Shown here in pieces: positions 28,601 to 40,600 of a DNA stretch of 64,000 nucleotides. Below the pieces are notes generated by a model, which saw only the letters and a program-made list of their open reading frames with translations, made no database searches and was not told the origin of the DNA. The position numbers and the translations under genes were made by a program. The stretch is taken from assembly GCF_964204645.1 (NCBI RefSeq), contig NC_134028.1, positions 21,572,345 to 21,636,344 of the forward strand, written 5' to 3'. This DNA is from Tubulanus polymorphus (taxonomy: Eukaryota > Animalia > Nemertea). Every line of letters begins with the position of its first letter. The stretch's first letter is position 1.

Positions 28601-31600
28601 TTATCTTATTTGGAAATATCTTATATTGTGTTCAACAATCATCATTATCTTTTAACCATTCTTCCAACTCATGAATGATGCTAGTCACTTGTGTGCTTTC
28701 AAATAAAAAATGTCCATATTCTAATTGTAGGGCTTCATACATATCAACGCAGAATATACAGTAAACTGAAATTCGTTCAGTTTATGAGAAATCATTTATG
28801 AGAATCATTTATGAGAAATATGCATTAAACATATTTTTCTTATATAAATGATTATTCTACATCATTGATTTATTGGTGGACAGTATATGATAATGGTAAG
28901 CAAACTAATGTGAGTTATTACTAAGTGGGTTCAATTGTATAGTTCGTTCCTCATTTCAATTTACATCTAAAGCATCAAAGCGATTAATGTGTATAGGCAG
29001 AGAAGAAACATATTGCAGAAACTAATGCCGCGATCACAAGAAGAATATTTGGTTCTGGATCAAACAGGGCCGCACCAACCCTGAGTGAAATTTTGCCAGT
29101 GCCTAATAAGAGAACATAAATCACTCACTTGATATAAAATCCTATCAAAACGATGCTATGGAAATTGAGGTGACCCACTTCCAGAAACAGTTAGCATTCA
29201 CATGGAATGATTTGACCAGTGTCCAACCCTTTTGGTTGGGCCAAATTTGGCTAATAGGCACGGACCCACATGGCGTGACCTGTCTGAAAAGTTGGCCCGT
29301 TGCTAATCTGCTCAATTTAGCTCGTGTGATCGTGGCTATTTACGTCACGAATAAAATTCAATCGGCGCCATCATACAGAATGAGAAATAAGCGCGATGTA
29401 AGCTGGGTATATACAACGTCTCTGGATCGAGAAAATCACCTGCATTTCACGTTGCTCTAACCGAGTAGGAACTCGATTGAACGATCCGTCCTTCGGAGAT
29501 TTAAATCGAGGATCCGCAGCCTTAATTAACTAATTAGAAACAATCAAACACGAATTAGTTAAAACACTCTTACAAACGATTACAGTGCAGACATGACTAA
29601 CCGATTTTCTCTTATTGAAGTAGTTTTTCACCAAAAACCATAGTAGTTCAATCCCAATTCAGAGAATATTGGCAGAGAGAAAGGACAAGGTACAGAACTT
29701 GAAGGAAATATAGAAATTTAATTGAAAATGAAGAAATTATTCCGATTTTTAGAGGTCTTTTTCTATATTATTGGGAGTAGTTGAGCTCTTAAAAAGAGCG
29801 TAGAAATTGTTCTCAAATAGTAGTCATAGTTAGTCCGGGGGTGACAGCGAACAAATTCTGTTAGCCAGATGAGTCTGCTTTCACTCGAAATTGACTTCAA
29901 ACATTCAGTCATAGTTGAATAGAAAAAACTGCGTAGATTCAATATCGTATTGATACTGTATTTCTATTCTATGGTGCTGATTTCAGACTTTGGTTTATCA
30001 ATTATTCCTACATATAGATAGAGTATTGGATTAGTACGTAACGTGCCTTTCAGTAACTAAGTTGATTCAAAATCCGGTTATGTGTCGACCTATCCTCTAC
30101 TGGTATAGAACGTACAGGTAGGTAGTCTTACCTTAGCTTCAACTTGCGACTGTTTCAATAGTTTTTCCTCTTCCTTTCTCTGCCGTCTCATTTCATCGCG
30201 CATCTAGAAATTCGGAAATACAGAAACTTGATGTGAATTACCAACCAAACTGATATAGTTAACATCCACAGAAAATACATCATCGATGGTGTGTAGATCA
30301 TAAGCTTGCAAAATGTACGTAAAATCATGTATTTTGTGGGAACTCTATCAAACGAAAAGGCCTTAATTACAATAATATTTTGCACTATGTGGCACTACAT
30401 GTGGTGCCCAAATCAGATTCAAACTTTTGAAAACACGGTTAAAAAGTCATCATTGTAGAGCCTTCCACAAGACAGCTGCCTTCTAAGTCCCCCTTTGGCA
30501 TCCCCAAATTGGCAACTTGGTTCTATGCACTCTTCCAGAAAATGTGGTTGTGTAAGATCCAATCACTAGTAGCCGATGTGAAATCCCCACAGACATCATA
30601 TCAATCTCCCTATGACATCATCAAAATGTCTGCCAGTACTAGTAATTGAATCTTTAAGGCTGGCTTATGTCGACAAGCAACGCGACGCCTACCAACTCCT
30701 ACCAACGCAACTGAGAGCAACCGCGATCGCAGCCCAGCTTATGTCGACTGCACTCCGATTCGCAGCAACTGAGGCCGACTAGCGGGATATGAGATCCACC
30801 CAGTTGCTTCCCTGCTTATGTCGGTTGCGATTACTAGCAACTGCAACGGCTCAAATGGTCACGTGATAAGCATTTTGAGAATAAATTTGAATTATTAGGA
30901 AATATATTTCTATTAGAAAAGCTATTTCTTTAAGACTTTGATCATTCTGATTCTGTTTTGAATACAACGTGCTAGCGACATCTATAAAGATGGCCGCTCA
31001 CACCATAATTCTACCAATTTCGTTTCTAGATCTTCAGTCCAGTCCTCTGCCATGCTGAAGGTTTGGTTTATGTTTTGAACTACTTGAATTTGAAAGTTTA
31101 TGACTAATTACGAATGACGCTAACTAGCGGTGATAATTTGTACTATGTATTAAGGTCTCTCATTGGCTGGAACCCCTGCGCTCAGTTCCGTCGCGTCGCA
31201 GATGAGCTTATGTCGGCTGCGATCGAAAGTAACTGCCCACCTACCGTAGGCCGGAGTAGAACATGGGCAACTAGCCGGATACGGCTTGCGACGAGTCGGT
31301 AGGCGTCGGTAGGCGTCGCGTTGCCGTCGCAAGCCGGTTTATGTCGAACCGTTTGAGGAGCAACTGGCGGCCTCTCGTAGGCCGCTAGTTGTCGCTAATC
31401 GGCGATAAACCCAGTTGAGTCGGTAGGCGTCGCGTTGCTTGTCGACATAAGCCAGCCTTTAGACACTTCAAAAAAAAAAATGTCTGAGAAGATCCAAAAA
31501 TGTCACTGCGGTCATGTTTCATATATGATTGACTAGGTATGACTGGTTTAGATATCGGTCTAAGTTTTACTCACGACAATGAATTTTTTCTGTTGTGATT

Positions 31601-34600
31601 TCATGCGACTCAAAGCCTGCAATAATACGACTCCACACTTCAATTTACGCCACCGTGTTCTGCAAAAAAGTATCATCTATTTACACCAGATTACACAATA
31701 ATTCAAACATATGTGTTTGTGAGGCTTCCAACCACTTTTCCACCAGGTACACCTACTCTACACAACTTATCATTTCAACAATATTTGCATCAAAAAAAGA
31801 AGAATTTTTTAAATTTGTTATATACTCAGTGCCAGTCAACTCAATAAACCAGTGAACATTATTTACTTCTATTTTTCTATTTCTGCGAAGATTCGCATCT
31901 GAGTCCCAACAAATTCTACCATAAAAGGCACAGTTTCCCGTGTGCCTATTGTGCACATATGTTGTTAATAGTGATAATTTACCTGGCCTGGTATCCTCGG
32001 ATGTGCTTCTGTAGAACTAACACCGACGCCTTTTTACGTAGGAACTCTTTCCGAGCGAATGTTCCCTTGAGAATGCGTTGGATATGTAACGCTGCCGTCT
32101 GTTGGACTCGCATCAGATGAACCTCGATGTAACTACTGAACGATTCTTTCAGGAACACCTTCAAAATACAACATTTACAGTTAAACTACACTACACAAAT
32201 TCTACAAACTACAATAATCATTTAAGCTTTCTTTAAGATGATTAACTCAGGCAACAGCTGAGGTGTATGGACCATTCCAGAAAGCGGAAAAAATAGCTGC
32301 CTCTATGAAATCGACCTATGACATCATAGAATTACGTAGTTGGTTTATCTGGAGATTATAGATCATATTACCGCCTCCATAAAATCCCCCTATGACATCA
32401 CTAATCCCTACAGCAATATTCAGTTTTGAGCTTCTAAACCATAAATTCTGGGTAAAGCGTTTTTTATAACCATGGCAATAAATACCTAATCGATTACCCA
32501 TAATCTGTTTTGAGCCAAGTCATTTGAAAGACAAACGGTAATAATTACAGTAAGTCTTTAAAGGGCGCCATCATTTCAGTAACAGCCTAATACATGTAGT
32601 GCATATGCACATCTCTTTGGCTGTCTAGCATAGGCTGGTAACTGAAGCAAACTGGTCTACTGACACTACTACTGTGGCAAGCGAGGATGCTAAGCATATC
32701 TCATTGACGTACCTTAGATAAACCGATCTGGAAATGTTCGGCATATTTGCCACTGGAGTGAGTGAGTATAATCTCACAATACTGACTCTCCGAAAGTTTC
32801 TGCTGCTGCTGTTTAGGTTTGCGTGGTCCGAGTAATGCATGGAACCTACATAAGACAAGATACGTATTCAGTTCCTTGATAATCAATCAATGGTTTTTAG
32901 AGAAAGACCGAAAATTTTAATTTAAAAAAAAATAAATCTTAACATAACAATATTCTAACATTTTCGGCTCATGATTGTTGGACTTATATCTAAGCTACAT
33001 ATTCATATGCAAAATGATTATATTTTGTGAGTTCAGTTATTCTGGATTACTTAAAATGTCACATTTTTCTATGCTAGCAGATCTTTTGTAATCGAGGGAA
33101 ATTCAAGGGAAATACCGATAGTTGTTTCTCAAAACCCCATCAAATTCACCCACTTAAACTGACGCCAACTTTTTCATTTGTTGATCTCGATTTCCCGACA
33201 CCAAAAACGAAATCCGTGACAGAAATTTCTTACCGATCGATGAATTGTTTGAATTTGATACGTATCGGATATCCTTGTTTGCGTATGCGTATCGTTTCCA
33301 GCATTCCCGTGTACCGTAACTGATCCAATACGACCGGCATCTTAAAATTCATCGGCGTCTTCTCATTGTTCGGTTTGATACAGCGTATGAAGTATGGATT
33401 ACACCTGAAAAATTGTAAAATCATCTCTAAAGCTAATACCAACAGTAAACACATCGACAGACATCGATTCAAGATTGTTATTTAAGTACGCATTCAATTC
33501 CTTTGATAAACGAGAAATATTATCATATTATTTGGTGGAGCGGTGGTGGCCGAGCAGTTAGAGCGTTCGACTCTGGGAAACCAGGTCGTGAGTTCGAACC
33601 CCGTACATTGCTGTAGTGTCCTTGGGCAAGACACTTATCCTCAATGCCTCTCTCCACCCAGGAGTAAATGGGTACCTGGCCCGATAGATGACTCCTGAGC
33701 GTTAGCAGCTCGGTGTTACTTCTCCCCAGGGAGAGATGACTGATACATGTTAGAGTATAAAATTGGCCGGGGTAACAATATCGAAAAATGTAAAGCGCTC
33801 TGAGCAGCCTGGCTGGATTTAGCGCTATATAAGACACGTATTATTATATTGTATATATCAGAAATTCATAAAGACTAGTAATGTACAACTTGAAAAATAG
33901 GGAATTTTTCCTTTGTTTGAGATTCCAGTGACAGATTTACTTTTCAACTTAAAAATACAATTTTTGTATCGTTTCGACTCAGTGGAGTCTCTCCAATATA
34001 GATCATAGCTGCCCAACTATGAGAAGTTGCCCATTTTCTCACTAGATGGTGAAAGATCTTCCTTCTTTTTCATCCATTTTCATAGTCTTTATGAATTTTT
34101 GATATTATCAATAGCAATATTTGATACCGGTATGATTAATTAGTTTCACCCGATTAGCGTTTTATCACGGTCCACCTACATGTAACCAGTTGCTAACAGT
34201 TGCAACCGATTATGTCACATTGCAAGCAGCAAACGCGTGTGCATGACCTACTCCACCCTTTATTATCTCTCTACAACTTTTTACTCACTTGGACATTTGT
34301 TCGATGAGTTTTAACAGTGACTCGTGGAATCTCGACGCGACTGTTTGTAACGTTGGACGCATCGTCACGAATCGCCCGGTCGCTTTGTTCACCGTTTTCA
34401 TCAGGGAACGATTCCTCCAATCGTGAAACATCTGAGATATCATCTGTAAAAAGCAAACACTCGAACCTAATGTGTCAACTTTTAACGATTAAAGAACGTT
34501 CCGGACTAGGAAGGCAGTGGCAGAAGATGTTGCAATCATTGGTGAAATAAAGACGAAATCAACAATCAATACAAGATGAGGAGGGAGGAGGAAATAAGCC

Positions 34601-37600
34601 GTGTTAACCTGGTGTTGAATCCGAAAACGTAGACAAATAGTGCTGAAATGTTTGATTAGATCTATTCAGAGTACGAACTTTTTGCTACTAATGTATAGTA
34701 GCTTCATCAGGTTTCGTTGACCTGACGAAGCTACCATACATCGGTATCTAAATAAATCTACTTAACCCTTTCGTCTACACCGCAGTGCGGTGTACGAATC
34801 AGTGATGGATTTTGCTGGTACACCGTACTTCGGTGTATTGATTTAATTAGTAATTACTAATTATCTCACTTGAAAGATGGCAGCACCTGTCAAACATAGT
34901 GAAATATTAGTAACTAACGATACACCGCGCCAGGGTGTAGACGCACTATAGTGCTATTCCCGTTATTCAACACACTAGGGTGGAATTTTTCAGAATTTTT
35001 TAAAATTATCTTCAGCACTATAGGGTATTAATTAGCCAGCACTGAAAGGGTTAACCCTCAAAGCGCTACCTGTCTTTACGTTTTATTGCAACACAGATAA
35101 ACACAATATGTATGTGTTAATGTATAAATTGATCTCAACTGAAAACGTCATATCAATTCATATAAAATAATACAAAGTGCCTTTCATGTTCTTTATGTAC
35201 TTTTCAGTGTCCATTGAATTCGTCTTATACAGGATGTCGAGAATTATTAGCACAACACAAAAACAGTAAATTTTGACTCACGTGATTGCGACTTTGCGTA
35301 AGCAAGTCAACTACATCTGTGCGAAGTGTGTCCTTATTTTTCTCCAGAAAATTGGTCACCTAAATCAAAATTAAATCTAAGGCTACTTTCTGCATGCAGC
35401 AATGATTTGTTCAACACAAGACAACTTAAAACTCCAGAGCAAATTAGCTGCATATATGTCGACCCATCCATGAAAGGTGGTCACTTCCTAAATCAAAATC
35501 CGCAATGACAAATATGTTTTTTTGTTTTCTTTTGAAGAACATAGCTGCACGAAAACATATTACGAGAAAACATTCAACATTCAAAGGTTTTATAAACATT
35601 TAACAGGATTATTAGCACAAATGTTTCTTTTTGTTTTTTTTAGAGGGCTGCACACTGCGTAACAAAAACACTTCAAAACAGTGGAGCACACTTACCGTGT
35701 AGGTAATTTTACCAGCGTAATGAGTGATACAGAATTCCGGTCCAGCCATCCGCGGTTTCTCATATAAATCATTTGCATAGTGGTTATAATGACATTTATC
35801 CAAATACGACTGATCAGTACCCTAGAATATAAAAAATCATGCTCAACATCAGACATTCTCGTAGAATCTTAGGCTAAGAGTCTATATGAAAAACTTTTCT
35901 TCTCCAATCACTCTGATTGCCTATTAAAAATGTACTGAGACCAGGAAGTTATTATCAAATGAAGGAATTCAGATGACTTAATGGTTTAAAAATTTTGTTT
36001 CATTATTTTCCTGAAATGCAGATTAAATAATGACGAAAACCAAGTAGAAAGGCAAATGTTATCTTTTTTCTTTTGATGTTCAAATGTGCTTTAGTTATTT
36101 ACAATATATAAGCTAAACTAATCACGACTAGCCGGGCCATAAATAACATTTATGCATGGAATATAATGAAATGAAACCCTGGCAGACAATAGTGATAATT
36201 ATAGAATTAGATAATTATAGTGATAATGAGCATTGAATACCTTCAAAATGTTACATATATGCTTGGTTTTTTAAAAAAGTGAGCTCTGGTGGGGAAAATA
36301 AGTGGATATTGGTACTAACTAGATACACCTGGTTAAGGTAAGATTAAATAATTCCCATACGTTCCTCCTTCTAACTCCCTCCCTTCCTCCCTCTGATCAT
36401 TTGTGAAAGGTTGATAATAGTTTTCTTCTTTTTTCTCATCACTTGAATAGAATTTGACACAATTTTCACCTTTTTAACCATCCCTCCCCCATCCTTCCGA
36501 CATTTTATCTGGAAAATACTGGCATAGTGATTAAGCTTTTATTTGAATTTTCTATCCAGATCCCATCCATTTTAAAATGACCGCAATAGAACAATTTTTC
36601 CATTTTTTCCTTGTTTTTCTCTGATTCTCCCACATGTTTTTCTCCGTTCATGTCATGTCTGTACAACGACCTTTATAGCGAACAATGAAACAAACCGAAA
36701 AAACTTGCAGCAATATACAAGGCAATATCACATGACTGATTGAAATAAATATTAAAACAGTGATAGGTTTAATCCTCCAACAAACATACTACTTGAGTAA
36801 ACGTGACAGTTAACCCTCATTTTTTTAAAAGTATTCAAGATTCACGGGAAATACAAAAGACACCAATTGAAACGAGTTCTTGAAAAATTTAAGGTTACTA
36901 TAAAATCTATAAAATACTATTCGTATTCAATGGATTCAAAAATTCCTTTGAAGCAAACTTACATTTTACAAGATCACCTTTTATCTAATTCTGAACTGAA
37001 TGAAACTACATTCAAGGCGGTGGTGTCATTGGGAACGAACTTCTACACATAAATACACATACTGCCACTATAAAAAGCATATCCTCGTTCGTCCTGGCGA
37101 GAAAGATTTGTCATTGCCTTTTTGTTGAGGGATATGAAAAGAAGGATGATCTAGGTAAGGAAGATCACAGATTGACAGTAGAACCGACAGATTTCAGTAC
37201 GGTTCAATTACTCAAGGCCTATTCGCCGCTTATTCAGTACCATCGCAATGTATTCGGTACCATAACAATAGTGATGCTGAATGAACCACGAATTTCCGTT
37301 TCAAAAAACTGTGTTTCTTGTATCAGAGCAAAAGCGCACAGTTAAGGAAACATTTATTTTTAGTCTTCATTCCGTGCTTTAACATATTTGAAGGCTTTAT
37401 TTTCATGTATCGTTTTCAGTTCTTTTTTTTTTAATACCCTCAACCCACAGAGCACCTTTCAGGGCATTATTGGCGGGTTCGATGTTTCTTTTTACCGATG
37501 GGGGAGAGACCAGAGAAGAACCTTCGACCAAGCCAACAGGGTTTGAACCCGTAAACCCTAGATTGACAAGACCAGAGACCCCACTCGGCCGCTGCGCCAC

Positions 37601-40600
37601 TTCTTGCTTTAAGTCTTGGAATTTATTTTTTCTTATTGATTTCAGAATCGCGCGGCCTAAGACGAGGATGGATGGCCACGACGCACGAACGTCGTTCCGT
37701 CAATCGAAAGCCCTCGTCGTCGTCGTCGCGTTCGTATCGTTATCGATCTACGCGTCGACGAGTCGGCTGTCGGCCATCTTGCTGCCGGTTGTCGTCGTCG
37801 AATTGGACTCGTCGACCGAGACGACTAACGCGACGACGTATGCCGACCTGCTCTACGGTAAAAAAGTAACTAGCTCCGCGAATCACGTATTAGGATACAC
37901 GACGGCCATGCGTTACACGTTTGAACTCATTTTCTCACTCGTATCGGGGGTCATCGTCGATAAATTCGGCTGGCGATGGCCGCGGTGCGCGAGTTGTTTG
38001 ATCAATGCTGCGGCCATGTTTGGCATGGCGTTCGCGTCTAGTACGCCGCTGTTAGTGGCGATCGGCGCGCTTCAAGGCATCGGGCTCAGTTTAACATCAG
38101 TTTCGAGCTTGGCGTCGTTGGGCGAAACATTTTCGGATGATACGGAACGGAACAAAGCGCTCGGTAAGAGTCTAGTCGGACACCCAACTGGACAAGCGTT
38201 CAGCATTATAATAGGACCGTTGCTGTTTGAATATTTTGACTTGGAGTCTCCGAGTTTGGTGCTTGCAGTTTTCTGCATTTTCGGCGGTTTATTAGCGTTA
38301 CTAAGCAGACCTAAAGACAAAGCACTCCGAAGAATTCAAGAAGAAACTGGTTCGGCGACGTATACATTGTTTCTATATGATCCGTACATAACTTTAGGTC
38401 TCTTGACCAATTTCACTTTCTATTTTGGCGTATCGATCTATGCTACTGTACTATTTGAATGGTTGTATTACGATCTCACCGCTGCTTTGTGGCAAATAAC
38501 CGTCGTGTTGCTCACGTGCATGCCGCTAATGGTGGCCGGAAATTTACTAACAGGATATTTTGGCAACAGTCACCGGTGGGCGTGGATCGTCGCGGGTATG
38601 TGGTTTTACTCGGCCGGAATGGCTACGTACCCGACTTGTGCCTCGGTCTGGCACGTTCTCGCGCCCGAAGGACTCGTTCGAATCGGGCTCGGTATATTTC
38701 CGTGTAGTATCAATTCAACGCTCGCGCGAGTTGCCGACGAACGCTACAGTCACGCCACCTATGGAGCGATATACGGACTATCGATACTGACGATGGATCT
38801 CGGGTATATACTAGGACCACTGTTTGCCGGCTTCATGTTACCGATAATGACATTTGACTGGCTTTGTCGTATGGTGGCCATCTTGATATTTATTGTTTCT
38901 TTTATCGCGTTGATTTACAGAGGAAAGATCGATAATAAACAACAATATGAACAATTTCCAATGACAAAAAATCAACTTTTTCATTGACCCGATATAGATT
39001 ATACGTTAGTTTTACGTAGTTGATCCCGTCCTAGTTAATCGTCAATATTCTGGAACTTTCTGAAAAATTACTATAACCGGTGATAAATGTAATACTTGAT
39101 TGAAATTTTAATGCAAATTTGCCTGTTGCATTTTGTCAAGTGGCTACTTTTATTTGACTAGCTTTTTCCTGACTATTCCCTGATGTGCACATTGTTTTCC
39201 ATGACTTGATCTGCTAAGAATCCAATCAATGAACTCAGTCAAATGCGTACAACATTATATAACATGAAAAATTATAAGATTTTACGCGTGATCTAGCAAT
39301 CTAACAAATTTACCTAACTTTTCCTTGACTTTTTAGCTTTTTTTACAAAATTCCCTGACTTTTTTAAAGAAAAAAAATGTTCCTGACTTTTTCCTGATTT
39401 CCAGGAAAGTGACTGCACCCCGTTTATGTAGTTCATCCCATCCTTATTAATTGTCAATATCCTGGAACTTTCTGCAAAATTACCATAATCCGTGATACAT
39501 GTAATATAGCTCAATAAAATTCTAATGCTTAATTTGCGTGTTGCTCTTTTCCCTATTTTTACTGATCGCTCTTGACTTGTGCACCATTCACGTTAAGTGG
39601 CTCCTTTCAAACGAGTTGAGTTAATGAAATCTTACCTTCGGGAAGTTACTCTCATCATCGAGCAGATGTATTATTCCGACCGGTTTTTTCGCCAACAGAT
39701 CGAGAACGGCCTGGTTATCGGAGAAATCAATAAACGACCAGTTTATATGCTCTTTACTGTATTCCTGTTGTTCTAGTTTGAATATGTGTTTATTGAAGTA
39801 ATACTGTAGCGTTTCATTCGCGTAATTTATGCAAAGCTGTTCGAATTTGTTCCGGTAGAAATCCTGTGGAAAGAACCAGATGATACGCGTATAGATAACC
39901 GTAGATTGTTATATTGTAGATTCTTTAAAAGCATTTTTGGTTTGGAATTTTCTAAGGATATCAAGGAGTTTTAGGGACCCTGAAAATCTTACTTATATTT
40001 TACATTATAAGCGACCTACCTCAAATCCGAAGATATCCAGAATAGCGATTGAGTGTTTCTTATTCGTCGTTTGAACCAAACTATTCATTTTCTCGACGAG
40101 CCACGTGAAAAGTTGCGAATACAAGCCTTTAGAAATCGCATCCCTGTAATGAAATAAAACTTTCATGATGTAGCATTTAATCCTCAGTAGAAGTTTCAAA
40201 TAACAGTATTCAGATATCCATAATAGAACAAACTGTTTCATTGTCATCCAGAATTTTTTCTCAATGCGTTGAACCCACTCAGTGCATCTACACCACAGCA
40301 CGGTGTATAAATCAGTGATAAATTTTGCTAGTACTCCGCATCGTGGTGTAATGATGTAATTGGAAATTAGTTTTTATCTGTATTGAAAGGTGGCAGCATT
40401 TGCTAACACAGTTAGATACTAGTAACTGACAATATAGTGCACTGCGGTGTAGATACACTGAAGTGGTATGCCCATTACTTAACACACTGGGGTAGAATTT
40501 TCAAATGTTATCTGAAAAATTATCTCCACCACCTTCAGGTATTAATCAGTCAGGTTTAATAACTGGCACAATTTAGCGCATGCTTTTTGTGATACAAACA

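Noticed and set aside
33537-33610. Functional tRNA genes at the SINE heads (also 37535-37608 and 613-688)
   Set aside because: A and B boxes are present, but the acceptor stems do not pair and the sequences continue into SINE bodies and tails.
37470-37667. N-terminal 66 aa of the 505-aa ORF-track protein
   Set aside because: It starts at TTG, overlaps an antisense SINE and a clear splice acceptor, and the true start is more likely ATG 37668.
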